Source: Catajapyx aquilonaris
Lineage: Eukaryota
Length of the DNA: 64,000 nucleotides
Assembly (NCBI GenBank): GCA_000934665.2
Contig: JYFJ02000904.1
Coordinates: 1 to 64,000, forward strand
Direction of reading: 5' to 3'
Translations under genes and position numbers: made by a program
Shown: one piece after another, positions 12,011 to 27,200 of the stretch
Numbering within the stretch: the first letter of the stretch is position 1
Layout: each line of letters starts with the position of its first letter
The notes under the pieces: generated by a model
Seen by the model: the letters and a program-made list of their open reading frames with translations, nothing else
Database searches by the model: none
Told to the model about the DNA's origin: nothing

Positions 12011-12273
12011 CTATCAACAGCCTAGTGGGGTAACCTTTTTAAAACATGTGTTCACTTCATTTACGAACTACAGTGACTTTATATCACAGGCAAAAGGCTC
12101 ACCCAAATGCATCACCATCCTGCACATCAAAACCATTTTATTTTGCAATAATTACCATTTTAGAAAGCATCTCCCAAAAAAATGTAAAAAGACAGCTACA
12201 CATGCATACACACATTTACACACACTGGGATATTTCAGAGTGATTATGTACCCTACCTCCAACCCGTTCTAAC

Positions 12274-15200
12274 CTACCCACTAAGAGGGTCATCCCGACA
12301 ATGGATGGCATAAAGAAGCCGCTCAGTCATTACCTCCAGAGATGAATACTGTGGCAGCTGGATCATGAAGAGGCATGTCTCCACTCTTATGTGACGCTCA
12401 TTTGGGTTTCCTGAAAAAGTTGTCACAATGAAGATGACCCAAATGTGATACATGCAAAAACATTACAAACCAGTTGAGTAGAATTATGGTACACTGAAAA
12501 AAGAACCCACAAAGTTCTAAATTTGGCATCAGGCCAGGCTATTCGTAAGTGCCCATGTTCATTCCAAACTGAATAGACTGTACTGTTACATTACACAAGA
12601 AGATTACTCAATAATTTTCTTATTGCCATTTCTGGAATTCTATTGTCTCTTCAAGTGAAAATAGTTGCTCCTTAGGATACACTTTGCTTGCATACCACAT
12701 GCCCTTTCACTTGCACCATGAGTTATTAGTTCTTGCTTGCACAGATTTTTATTTTTCTATTTTACATTATATCCTACATGATTTCCTTATTGAAAATTGG
12801 AATTTATCAGGCAAGGTGAAATGGTTTTTTTTGCTCATTAGACAAGGTTGGTAAATTCAGGTGCCAAGGTCTTGTTTGATAGGATCCTGTTTTCTAGCAA
12901 TGAATAATATAAACAAGTTGTAAAATGTAAAATAAAATAGTTGCATCTCCTTCTACATCTACATCTCATGTCTCCAGCATCCTTGAGAAATGGACCACTA
13001 CAGAGATGCTAATCTTCAAATGGGATGTCCAGTACAGAGAAGCGAGTGCTCATTGTACTAAAGTATTTGCTACGTCTGTGGTCTTGCATCCTAACTATAT
13101 ACTGCAACCCCAGTGTTGTTCCGTGCTTTAATATAATTATAATTGCAGAAGTCACAAAAGCATGGCATAAAAGGAGTAGTTCAAGTGAGGCACCCTGAAG
13201 GTGTGGTTGGCTACATTAAAACAAGGGAGGCAGAAATTCTGAAGATATTCAAGAGTAGTGGTTGGTAAATGGGATAGAGAGATGCAGAAAGATGTACTTG
13301 ACTACATTAAGACAGAGCAGCAAGGTGGTATAGAGGTTAGCCCCACAGCCTTCCACCTCTAAGGTCCTGCGTTTGAGCCCTGAATCAGCCGTAGGTAACT
13401 TATCATGTGAAAAAAGTTTCAATAGTATCTCACCTGGCCTGGTGTCAGGTGGTGCAATCTTCATTGGATATGGCGGCACATGCACAGCATCTGCTGTGCC
13501 ATCCTTGCAAGGGCATGACATGGGTATCCTGTCCTGGTTGCATGCAAACTTCACAAATCGTCTTAGTTCATCCTGTGAGAAGCTCTCCAGTGCGGCCCAA
13601 AACTGCTCAATATGGGCATCTGTCTCCAGTATTCCCACTTGATACAGTGTGTGAGCCTTTAAAAAGTCAAGGTCAACCTCAGGCATTCCACAAAGACGCT
13701 GCTCCACATCCGCAGGAGACGTAAGTGTTGCAAGGCTAGCAAATGGTATCACTGATGCCATTCCTGCCTTTATGGCAGACACCCTTTCTTCAGAGCGCAG
13801 TTCACGCATTCTCAACTCCCGCACTGCATCCACATACTCCAACCTGGAGAAATATTGATAGTGATACCATTAGTTATCACCACTACTGAACATAAATGAA
13901 CTGAAAAAAGTGACCACTAGACATCTGCAAATATGTCAAACCAAATTATTGCTTCATGACATGTCTGCTCACCTGTTTTCCCATGACACTTGAATGCCAC
14001 TTCCACCAGGGCACAATTCCACTTGCTCACCAGAGAGTGTTGAAAACACAAATCGTGGCCACTGGTGTTCAGCTAGTAACTGCTCTAGATCAGCTTTGTT
14101 CTCTACCATGCTGAGCTCTTTGAGGTATGCATATGTCACTGTGTCTGCCTCTTTCAGGTCCTCGGCCACATCTAGTGGCATTCCAAGAACGGCCTTCCAG
14201 GTTACGGGCAGCAAATCCAGTGGTAAAGGTATATCAGCTCGAGCAGTGATCCCAAGCAGCTGACCCAGAAACTGTAACATCCTCTCCTCCCCAAAGGTCA
14301 GAGGACCAGGCTTGAGAAGGTATCGGCCCCTATGCTTTCCAGACGCTGCACTAGGGCAGAGTACCAGGAGGGACAGAAGAGGTCCTTGGAGCTCACGGGT
14401 GGCCTGTGAGAGGAAGTGGCGGAAAGACCCACTGGTTCCTTGCACCTCTTCCCCAGTGAGGCGAACATTGAAAGGGTAGGTTGGGTCTCCACCACTGGCC
14501 AAAGGAACACAGAGCATGCCAGAAGGGACATCTTGCAACTGGGACATAGCCTGACAAAATTGTGTTGACTGGACATCCTCTTGCACTCCTACAAATTATT
14601 AAATAAAAACACACAGTGTGATATAAGCTCTGATAATAATCAACTGATGCTTATTTTGACTCAAAAATATTTTAAATTTATAGGTAGCCTATGCCCAGTA
14701 TCCCTAAAATCACTATCCTCATGAAGGTAGATCCAGTGCTACTGGCCATCTCCTTCGCATCACCTTCCACCTGGCACTCAGCTTGACCATCCCTAAGTGG
14801 GCATTGCCAAATAAAAATCCTACTCACTGCCAATGACTTCAAGAGGGTCCAGAACAATCTCTGGAGATGCCTGATCATGACCTCGCTTAGCTGTGGCATT
14901 GATAAATCGGTTGATCAAGGAGACCTAAAAGAAAAAGAACCATTTTCTCTCTGAAAGGGCAAATATTTAGAAGTCAACAAGAAGGAAGAAGCAGCACTTC
15001 ACCTTGCAGTCATAAAAGATTAGGTTCCTGGCAGCTGAGAGTAGTGCAGCAGTGCTCTGAGTGTGCAGTGGATTGACTTTCAAGTCCATCAAGGGAAGAA
15101 AAAAGGTTTCCAGAGAGTTGTTGAGAGATTGCAGGAAGGCAAAACGAAGCCTGACACTCTCAATAGGAATACCTAACGAAGAAAAAAAAGTGTTTGGAAA

Positions 15201-18200
15201 TTAGTTAATTGTGTTACATATGTAAAAATTGTAACATTATAGAGGTGTATAGTTCACAAAATGCATTTACTCTAAAAACTATCGACAAATAGAGAGTCCA
15301 AGAAAACCCTCTTCAAGTACAGCACTTGATTTTACATTCGGAATATTGAGAAGCAAAGATGACAATACCTTGCAAGACAGAATATTCAGCACTTGCTAGC
15401 TGTGCTTGTGTCAAGTAAACTTCATGGGGATGCAGTCTTGATGGAAGAATCCCAAGGTGTTGACAGAGGCAGTTCACATAACTTACCAATGCACCATCTT
15501 TCTCCACAGTCCACTCATCACACATATGTTGTGCATGATTCATGTCCAGAACTGAACACCTGTTAGGAAACATTCCATGAGCACACACACACATGCACAC
15601 AGGAAATTTAGGTGAGAACTTCTAAAGTCAACACACCTGTCAAGATGCAGGTCAAACCCACACGCAAAGAATCCTGTCCACACAACTCTGATGTCCTGTT
15701 TAGCCATATCGCATACACACTGCAAAAACCCATCCAGAGTGAGGTATTTTTCCTCATACTCGGGACTGCCTTCTTTGCTCTCTGACTTGGTGGCAGATGT
15801 TCCCACTGCAGTGCTGCTATCTTCCGGTGTTGATTTCCCTTGGTCATGAACTTGTGATTTTTCTGGTGCACTCTCATCCATTGCTACTTGCTGCTCCTTT
15901 GAGGGACGTTTTTTGGCTTGCTTCTGAGGCTTTTCTTTATTTTCAGAACTCTCTTTACCTCTGAAATAATGTATTCAGATGTAGAATTCCTGTACGACTT
16001 ATGTGATTATACACAAATGTTAAATCAGAGTGTATCTGGTGACCATTATTAAGTCGTACGCACATCATTAAAAGTACTTGCTTGCTTCATTTCTAACTTA
16101 AATTACATGCTAGCAACTTTAGTCAGTTCTCGCCTATTCCAGCGAAATATTGCAATGTGCAAATATATCAAAATTTGCAATTCTGACTAGATTTGCACTA
16201 TATATTAATCATGGTCTAAGAAGAATAGGTTGGGTCACGCGCCGCCATCTTGCATGCCGTTATCCCTTCCGACAATGGCATGAGTATATCTGCAATGGAA
16301 TCCCGCTGTGGAACTCGCTGCAGTCATAACTACATCAACCCTGACGGCACAACTACGCATTAACACCTGCTAGATGTTAATGCATAGTTGTGCTGTCATA
16401 GTCTCTGTAGCTATGGCTGCAGCGAGTACGACAGCGGGATTCCATTGCAGATGTACTAGCGCCACTGCGGGAAGGGATAATGGCACAGATTTTTCTATTG
16501 GTCTGGGATAGAAGGGACAGGGGACTGATATTAATATTTGCATTATGTATTTTGATAAAAATGTGGGTTGGAGATATGTAATAAGTTGGGCAACTCACTC
16601 ATGCTTGTCTTCAACCTTTGCAAAGCCATATTGCGACAAAACTGTGGTAACTTGCTCTGAAACAGACTTTCTCTGCTGCTTCGTGCTGCTGAAGTAGCTG
16701 TGCAACAGGTTCCCCTGTATCTGTGCTAGTATCTGGGCCCGAGAAAGGTGAATAAACCCTGATTCTTCTCGGGGGGACTCACTTCCCAAATGTAAGTGCT
16801 GGTCAGCTATGAAGCAGGAGTGGTATATATCCGTCAGACCACACAAGGCACTTTCACAGAGCTTGTCACTTGCTGGATCACTGAACAGCTGCAACACACA
16901 TTAATATGAAAGAAGTAACTGTGACTATTACTAGAGTATTATCAAACAAGGGACCCTACAAAACTTTAAAAGTATTGAAGTCAAAGGATACATAATTTCA
17001 CTGAATAGTTACAAGCCAAACTTATGACAGCTCTTATCTCTCATAGCAAATACTTATCAACAATGGCCACAGCTCCAATGCATTTCCTTAACATACGGCA
17101 AAGGGTGGTCAAAGAGGAGATTTTACACAGTGAAAATTACTGCAAGCGTATAACTCTACAGTAGCAAACAAGCATAGTTACCATCAATGTGCATCCACAG
17201 TTATTGCAGAGCACATGATAATGAATCCAACTTATTACCTTTGATGCTAGGTACATCTCCAATGGTCCATTGGCTTCAGCATCTGTGGCTTGAAGGCACG
17301 AGCTGACAGTGCTGACTCCAATGACCTCCTCTGATGGGTCATTTTCTCCTTCTGCCCTGCTGCCTCCCCTCTCTGCTGCCTCTCCATGTCCCCTCAATGC
17401 CTTGCTCTTGTACAGTGCTTTTCTGGCCTGCTCAACTTTGGTTCTAGCCCTCACCTCCACCACTGCCCATCCCTGAATACCTCCTCCAGATGTTGCCTCA
17501 GGCACAAATGCTTCTTCTTTGAAGAGCCCTCCTGCTCCCCTCAGTGCCTTTGTGATGCCCCAATGCACTTGCTGGCAGGTTAACCTGGTTGGAATTCCTG
17601 TTACCACCAAAAGGCGCGAGTGGGCCTTGGGAATACATAAAGACTGGGCTGCATCTGATACTGCATCGGCCGTCACCTGAGCCCCCTTGCGATCACTGAA
17701 GGTCACATAACGAAGAATTTGGGAGAGGGTCAGAGCACGATGGAACCACAATAAGTCTTCTGCCTTGCTGGTAAGTGAGGTTGATGAGTCAGGTGACTCA
17801 GTAGTTGTTGTGGTTGTTGTGGTTGTCGTCAAAATAGTTGCAGTAGAAGAAGAGGATTGAACCACAACAGTGACAGTGCTATTGCGAGGGCTGTTGGACC
17901 CAGAGCGGGACCGCATGGAGCGCCCTTCCCGATCACGGCGGGCAGGAAGCTTGATCTTGCGGCGACTGGGGCCACTGGGGCTTGGAGGTGCCACCAATGG
18001 AGAACCCTCTTTTTCAGAACCTGGTTGCAAAAAAGAAGGAAAAGGAAACAAAATTGCAACCATTATTCTCATTTAGGAAATAACACCTCAAGACTATTTT
18101 AAAACTACTGACTTGATGTGCTGCCAACAAGAGATGGTGAGCTGGGACATAGTGCTAAAGGTGCTGCAACAAGGGGACTGGTGACCTCTGCAATCACCAT

Positions 18201-21200
18201 TGCCACCTCGAGAAGGGCCTTCACGAAATGGTAAATAGATATTAGACATATGCATAAAATATTACTATACATAGTATGCCATTCTACCACACCATAAACT
18301 CCATCATGAATCTACTCCACCTGCAAATATGTAGAAAATCTCCAGCATTCACTTCCACCACTAATAAAACCAGATGACCCACTGCTATGACTTGATGCAG
18401 ATGATGTTGTAAGTGGGGCTCCCTGTGGCTGCTCTCTGGACTCTTCTTCATACAATCGCTTGACTTCCATCTGAAGCTGAAGCATCAGGGCCAAGTGCGG
18501 AAGGAGAAGTTCCTCTTCATGATGGTAGTTCTGCACAGTGCGTAGGAGCTCAGCAAGAAGAAGGAACAAAGGCTCCTGGAAAGCATATATGAACAAGTTT
18601 AGGAAAAGCAGGCTATGGAAAATAACATTCCTATTACCAACTTTCAGTGGGTTAGGATGATACTCATTCTCACCTTGATAACATGTGGAATGTCTGTCCG
18701 CCACATATAACCACAAAGAAGCTCAACTGCATGGAGTAATATCCCTGTTGTGATTAGCAACTGTGATTCCTTATTCTCCAAAACATCACCTGAAGCCATC
18801 TGCTTTGCCGCCAGACTCAAGATTTCCTCAATGTATATGAGGGCCAATGGAAGTTGGGATGGTATGCCATGGAAACACACCACCATACCTGCTTTCACAA
18901 ATGAGCAACATTAACACATGTAAAGCAATTACTGCTAACTTAAAATGTTGCCTTAAACAAATCATTCCTCACCTGGCCAGTTTGTGTCCAGCACCCGCAT
19001 ATGAACCTTGTCAGCAGCCATGATGACAGTTGGGAAGAAGTTGTGTGAGGAACTGCTCATTCCTCTGCAGTCTAAGGGGTAGCTGATGACTTCCTGCCGG
19101 GATATCTGGCCATTTTTCTTAACATGATGCCCATCATATGTATAGAGTCGCACAGCTGCAGGTCTACCATCAGCACTAAAATCCCATAACAAGGTATAAA
19201 TAGTAGCAAATACGTAGAAGCAAAAGTAGCAAAATATCATCAAGTGTATTTTTGTCGTATATAATGATTCATGCTAAGACAAGCCTAGGTGTCAAATTAG
19301 AAATACTGCATGAATATAAAAAGTTGTATCTGAGACTGGCACATATTATGCTTACTCTTTCTTCCTTCCAGGTCCAGGTTCAATCTTGACTGAAACAACT
19401 GTAAATGAAGCTCCAGGCAAATGTATGTCAGTCTTTAGTTTGGATTCACTGACAGACACTTCTTCCACATGGAATCCTTCTGGAGCCAACTGCAAATAAC
19501 ATCAATATTTACTGCCTGCTTCATACACTCTGAAAGTAACACGAGACACATTGCTCACCTGCAGAGGCACACATATTTGATTGCTAAGTTCAATCACATA
19601 GTCCTCTCCCTGTTTGGCAGCCCTCACAATCGCAGACTGTAGCTCCTTTTGCAACTTTCCTTTGGACCTGTAAAAGCATAAATAATTAATGATTGAATAA
19701 ATCCTTACATTGACAGTGTTTCATCTCATATGCTGAAAACTGAACTCGGAGTGACTAAGTTGGCTGATGGTGATTGATCAAAAATAATAAACCAAATTAA
19801 CATTTTAAACCAAAGTTAATGCATCAAGACATATCAATGTAATGGGCATATTGGATGACACAAAGTGAAAATTGGCCTTTGACCCTGCGGGCAGAAGGAC
19901 CTCAAATCTCAGAGAATGAATCTTAAATAATTTTAACTGTAGCCCATTCCCTGTAAGTATTTACCAAAACATTGACTATCCAACAAAAAATTTTAAACTT
20001 CGGTAGCATGATCATGCTTAAAATAACACCCAATGGGTACAGGCTGTAGGGTTAAAATGAGGACCTCAATATTAATTTGTCAGCTAATGGTAACCTATGT
20101 TGTCAGATAATGGTAACCTACGCTATCAGCTTCAAACTTTCAAAAAAGCCTTGACTCACTTGTAGAACAGATCTGATGCTAGTCCACTCCAGGTCCTCAG
20201 GCACCCATCACTGGAGTCAGCAGTGGTCAGATTGGTATCCAGAACATTTCCTCCAGGTGCAGCTGCAGCCAAATACTCATTAGAGAGAAGCTGTAAGTTC
20301 TCCACATCGAGGTCTTGGAGAAGAGCAGCACTTGCAGCAACAGCACTACCAAACCCAACAGCTGGGAGACAATCAGGGCTGTTGCATTGTTCTATAAGCT
20401 CAAGAAGGGCAGTGCGACAGTACATCCGGGACAAAGCATACTCCCAGTTAAGGAGCTCCCGGTGGATCTGTATGTTGTTGGTGTCCAGTATCTGGGCACC
20501 TGTCACTGCTGTCTTGCGAACACCCTGGGGTGGTTTCTCCAGGACATGTAGAGGGTACCAGTAACGAACAAGGACACCCTCACTACGAAGGTAAGTCTCC
20601 ACCTGCACCAGCTCGTGTTGCTGCAAGACAGAGAGAAGACACAAATGAAAAATATTGTACAGTATTCCCTAACTAAAATGAGATGCCTGCATTATTAATA
20701 CTCACAGTGTCAACTTCCAGGACTTCTCCAATAAGCCCACAAGTCTTAAGCATGCTTGATATGGCAAACTTGGGGAGGGCCATTCCTGTAAAGTATTCAC
20801 TTGTCATGTGCACAAAATCCAAACAACAATGAACCACAATGCTTCTCAGATCTTGTTAATGATCTTTATGCTACATTTGTAAGTTTAAAAAGTAGTGTCA
20901 GTAATCAGGATAATGTCTCACAATAGAAACCTTGTAACTTCAGCATTGTATCGAAACACTTTCACTGTTCTATGCAAAGTTTTTCATCCTCTTCAGACTA
21001 AGGCCAGTACCTACTTGCAATAAATTGAAAGAGATATAGCAAAAAAATATTTGTCCTTACCACTTTGTGCATTCCGTATGTAAACAGCAGCACCCTTTTT
21101 GACCTTGTCAATGGTGAATCTGGAGGCTTCCTCTTTGATGTCCTCGATGGTAGGCAGCCTCAAGTCCCCGGGGATTCCTCCATTCTCTTCATACAAAAAT

Positions 21201-24200
21201 TCAACTGTTTGTCTGGCAATGTCAGTCATTCCTAACTGCAGGGCACCCCTAATCTGCTCCAGGCCATCCCTCCTTTCAGCTTCATTTCGAAACCTTCTAC
21301 GAATGATGGGGAACACTTTTGACTCCCAGGCCTTAACCAATAGTGAGTGAAGGTCCTCAGATGCACTCCCACTCCCACTTCCATCTGCCTCACCACTCTC
21401 CTCTAAGTCGCTAAGGTCTGATTCCACTGATGAAGCTGACCCCCCGCCTACTCCACCCACACCTCCTGAAATGGTCCCTGTGCAACTGCACATGTCATTG
21501 CTAACATTAAGTTTGTAGCTTGCAGACGCATCTGGGTTGTATTCTAAACGAGGAAGAAAAAATTGTCACCACCACTGTTGCTTCCAAGTAGCTGTTACAA
21601 ATATTAGCATCTTTACTCCGCATCTAAAAAGAAAAACCCCACTATAATACCTTTGTTTGGCTTAGGAGTAGTTGCAATTCGACATGGCTGCCCTGTGGGA
21701 CTTCTCAGCCCCATCTGAAAGTCAGCATCGCTGGTGCTGCTGCTGAGAGCCATGCTTCCTCCAGCACTAATTTCACTTTCTGAGTCTGATCCATGGAATG
21801 GTAGCAAACCAAAAGTGGCACATATATCTTGGGAGCTGTCAGATGCTTCCAGGGCGGCTCTCTGGTGCATTTGCCCCTCTGCATAGGCAAAGGGCCTGCC
21901 TCCAAAGTTGGCCCTGACACTGGTATTCTTCTTTTGGATGTGCACCACAGGCCACATCCCTCCATGAACCTCTTCTAGGACAGAAGGCTGGCGTATGCCA
22001 TTGTGAGAAAAGAACACTTGCCCCCACACTGGTGTGGAATGGGGTTCACTTGTCCTTTCCCAACCAATGCCTGCCACATCTCCTGGGTTCAGCTGCACAT
22101 CCAGCCGGATTGACTTCCACTGGAGTAGGCTTGAACCATTGTAGTGAACCACACGTCCATTACTGAAAATGTTAAAAGTAAGACATTTCATCTGCAAACA
22201 TATTGTCAAGCATAAATCCAGCAGGGATAGTAAAATCTAATAATGCAGCATGTCCATCATTTTACATTTTGGGTTATACAGCTTTGATTCTGGAGGAAAT
22301 GGGAGAAGAGCGAGCGTCACAGAGTTCATGTGAAAATTTTGTTGTGTGAGTCAGAGCCACAATGGTTCTGCAGGTGAGAGTTTTTGTGTGGACATTTTAT
22401 GTTCATTAGATTTTCTAGCAAATATTTTCCCAGACAACTCACTTGTGAAAAAAGACAGTTCCAACAGGGCTGGTCCATGCACCATCCTTGCGTTCTGCAT
22501 GTGGTGCAAATCCTACTGAAATTACTGGGCCACTTTCATCTTGAGTGTCACCAAATGACAAAATTTCTACTTCCCAATAAAATGATGGCGCTGCAAATAA
22601 AAATATTAGTAGGAAAGTAAATAACAAGTAGCAATTAGTTAAACTTATTTCCTTCAGTAATGAAATTACATCCAAAAGAATTATACTGTAAACCAGTGTG
22701 AACAAACATCACCAACACACCTGTTTGTGGGATAGGAAGAGTGGCATATACAAGTGTTCCCCTGGGCAAGCCTGATCCAACTGCTGGGTCACCCAAGAAA
22801 GTGATACCAGCCAAACCTTGACAAAAGAGGCAAGCCCTGACTGGTGGGAAAGGACGTGTAGGGTCCCAAGTCATCTCTTTGCTCCTCCCTCCGATCTTGC
22901 TGGGTGGTGGTTGTGGTTTTATACAATCCCTGTACAACTGACGAATGCGGTCACACTGAGATTCTACCATGGATGATCTGTCAGATGGGAGGCACTCCTT
23001 TGAGAGAGACTTCAGGATCTCAACCCCTCTCTCACAGTTCTGCAGGAACAGCGATGCAAAAGTAGGTTGCTGCAGGTAGGCAGAGAGCACCATGCATGCT
23101 CTGTGGGATAAAATCAGCAAAATTAGAAATCAGATTTTTCCTAGGGCCCTACTAATGACAGTGGGTGGTTTCTCACCTCACCAAAAGTTAGCACAGCACC
23201 GCAACAGGTAAAATACTGTATATTCAAATCAAATCAAATCAAAAAATACTGTATATTAATACTGTATATTATGAGAAAATCCATTTATACTCAATTACAG
23301 AATAGAAAACACACAGTTAACTAATGATAAGACCCCATCAACAACATTTTAAATTTTAAAATGTTACTAAAGATGTCATAAAACCATGGACAGATGACAT
23401 GCGAACATTTTAATCAACATATACCTAGTTCTGATCTCTGCACACAATCTTGAAAATGCCATAAGAAGAGTGTTTCCATCCCCCTGGGCTGGAAGTGCAG
23501 TCTGCAGGGGACACCTTCCATTGTTCTCTGGCAGTAACAGGTTCTGAATGCCATCAATGATCTGCTCACTCAGAGACAAGCAGTTGCTTATCTGGAACTA
23601 GAAATCCAAACTTCATCAGCATTTACTTCCTATGTTACATATCACAAGCATGAGATAACAACTGTATCACCCATTAGAACAAGGACCCATGTCCACACTG
23701 TTTTAGTCTGGAAGCAGGCCCTTGTTCTATTGGGCGATTCATTATTATGGGCATAAGAAAATCACTTACCCGATTCTTAGCTGGCACAAGCCTGGACAGG
23801 GGAACACTAGTAATCTCACTAGGATGACCAGCCATTCCTTCCTCTGGAGCACACATCCTGAGTGTGACCATGCCAGTTGGTTCCGTGATTCCAAGTACTG
23901 TCCCCCTGCAGTCCTGTATCCCAGGGCCTGTGATACTGACTTCCACACCCGGTTTCACCTTTTCCCTAAACCCTCCCAGGGCTGCTAAAGTGGCAACTGC
24001 CTTCCTACCCATGTTGAAGCTGTGCACCAGATCATACTGGCATGTGCTTGTGCCACTTGATGTTGAAGGAGAAGAGGACAGAGCAGAGAGGTGCTCAGTG
24101 GCCCTGGCTAAATGGGACAAGTGGCCCACTGCAGCTGACAAGACTCTTTCAACTGCCTTTTGCCACACTTGAGCAGAATTGGGGCCCAGCAGACTGTGAA

Positions 24201-27200
24201 TAAGGGCTATCACCTCTGCAGCCATGCTGTTTGAAACTTGACCACTTATGAATGGACGGACTGGGTCACTCCTAAGACAAAGGCAGTAAGCATTTAGTTT
24301 TGAAACTGAGAGAAATCCAATGCTTCTATTCAAAATATACTGTGACAGCACACTAACTTTGCCAGCTCAACATTCCTCTCCTTGCAGATAATGTCAGTAC
24401 TCTTCTTCTTATCAGCTTGGTCTACGTGTGAACTACCACCTTCCTGTGGAGGGCCCACAGACACAACCAGCCCACTCTGAGCCAGCTTTGTAGCCCTCTT
24501 CAGAGCAGTTGTGGAATCCTCAGTTATTATTTCTGCCTTGTTTTTCTGCAAGTATCAAAAGGTCGAGAAATATTCTCTGTAACACTAGAAGTATTAATTT
24601 TGATTCCACAAAGCTCTCAGTCACATGAGTTTTATGTGTTGACAACTTATTGTAAAGAACACCTGCGTACACTTCAAGCTGAATAAATACTAAAGCAATG
24701 GAAACCTTTGTCATCTCCCTGTCAAGGTTTTCCAGATTAGTCCCACGTCCAAATCGAAGCAGCCTCATCTCTGCGCTGGCATTGAGAAGCTGCTGAAGAA
24801 TCTCTCTTGCATTCTGATCTTCTCTCTTATGCAGATAGATGGAGAGCTTGCCTAGTGGAGGCTTGAGGTCACTTGAAGAAGCCCTGGCCAGGGACATTCC
24901 AGGATCTGTGCTGATCGCCTGAACCTCAGATGATGAGGCAACACACTTGTCCACAGAAGATTGGGGTGATACTGTTGTCTGGCAACCTATACATAATGCA
25001 CATTTTGGGTTAGAAATAATAATAGGTCAAATGTTGTCACAAATCATTGTGGTAACACAAATAATTCACTGATTCCACAAAAAATCATACCACACCAAAT
25101 AGACTCTAACAGTGCTACGTATTGCAGATGGCTCACCTGGCACCAAATAGTCAGCAAGTTTGGCCAACAACAGTGCTGCAATGGATGCTGCCGGATCATC
25201 TGCATCTGGCTTGTACATCTCATTACCAACAGTCCATTGTGGAAGCTCAACCTGGGCACATTCCTGAGCAGCCATTAAAGGAAGTGCCACCTGGCACAGC
25301 TGTAGCAGAACAAGGACAAGCTTTGGGGAAAGACGTGGGTCGAGCAGCAGTGAAAGCAGCTTGGAGACGCATGCTGGTTGGCTCAAAATGGCCTTTCCCA
25401 TTCTGCTCTTTGCCAGGCTGTTCAGTAGGCCTAGCACCTCTTGGAGGGCCTCATTCCCTGCTGCCTCATCCCCAGGACAGTTTGTGGCTCTGGCCAGGTA
25501 GTTTGAAAGAAGCTGTGATACTTGCCTAGCCAGGCCAGAACTCTCAAGATTATCTGGTGATGTTGATGGTGGTAGTTCTTCACCATCTTCTTCCCATTGG
25601 ACGCACCGGTTGGCCAGTACCTGAAATCCAGCCCATGCCAGGAGGGAAAGCTGATGTGCTTTGGCTGCAGCAGGATTGTTTCCACTAGTCCCTGCTGTCT
25701 GTCCTCTGCTTATTTCCCCACTGCGACTTTTCACTCCCCACTGACTGCAGAGGCGATCCAGAAGATTAACCAATCCACTTCTCACTAGGCATTTTTCTTC
25801 ACTCCTGAAAATGCAGAAATATTACCTTGCAGTTAAGATTTAATATCAGTCATTATGTTTCTCTCATGGGAGAAGAAGGCAGGTCTAAAAGAACAAAATC
25901 CCCTCTGAATTACTTTAAACTGTGTTTCTATCCTCCTGTCCATGCTGGGAGAGATTACTAGTGGCATGCCAATGAATATGCAATGTTGTCATGTTAGGTT
26001 GCAGGCCACAAAATTGTCCAAATATTTTGTGACATGTAATAAACAATTATAATTCAATAATGATATGAATTTAACAATTTTTCTGCAAATGTTTCATTAC
26101 CTAAATGAGTCAACATGAATATTACTTTGTGCATATTCCTTGCAGCATCAATACATTGTTCCCACTGTCATGTTGATGCAACAGTAGTGCAGCAGCTGCG
26201 AATAACCTTTCAGCTAGTTGTAACAAATAACAACATCCGGGCATCACAAAGCTCGATATACTTTTTTTTTACTCGGAGATCTTGGTCATTGACCTTCTCA
26301 TAGGTGTTCTTTTTCATGATGAGCATCATTAATTGGAAAATTGGGATCTGGGATTGTTGCTACTCGGACAGGTGCATGGTTTAATGGTTTTATGGCAGCA
26401 GCTACAGTTCACTCAAGAAGTCCGGCGATAAAAGAAGTCCTGGACAGAAGTGTGTGCCCACATTTTTTATACATAGGATTTTGGGCGTTTGGTGGGTGAA
26501 CCAATGTGCCAGGACAGGCTAGTTCATGCCCATTGGTGGAGAGCAAAAGTGAAGGAAGGAGGGGGTGATGACAACAAAGAGAAAAGAGAAGGGGGAGATG
26601 GGGTGGGGAACTCGTGGCCATGCCTTTTGTCCCCTGACTTCTTGAGCGAACTGTACATACAGTTACATGAATTGAATATGTTCAAGACATGGTTTTTTCA
26701 TTATACACAAACAGCATAAATTAATAGGTTACTCATAATGTTTTGTAAATCAGTCGGTTTGGTACATTTGTCTGCAATATCTGCTGCTATTCTCTCTTTG
26801 CGAAAACAGTATTTCATTATTTGTCAGCCACATGATCTTAACATATCCAAATCAGTTATCATCCACTCAAGCAATTATTTCCCAAGAATGCACTAGTTCT
26901 CAAATAATAATGCCCATGTGAAGAGTCACTTACAACAGCCAAATTCATGTGACATGGCAGGTAAGAGATGTCACTGCTGAATCACAAGTTTATTCGTAAT
27001 ATAATCTAAGACTAATGTCAATTTGCTTGTCTGAGTGAGATGAGCATGTCCTTCCATTATAAGTAGCACAATTTATCATGTAACAACATGCAACAGCATA
27101 CCTTGAGTAAGGTATGACGCACAGGAGTCCAATGCTGTTACGGCAAGCTAAGGGATATCTGGAGGCAAGTTGCACAACAGATGTCATGGTCTCCACAAAT

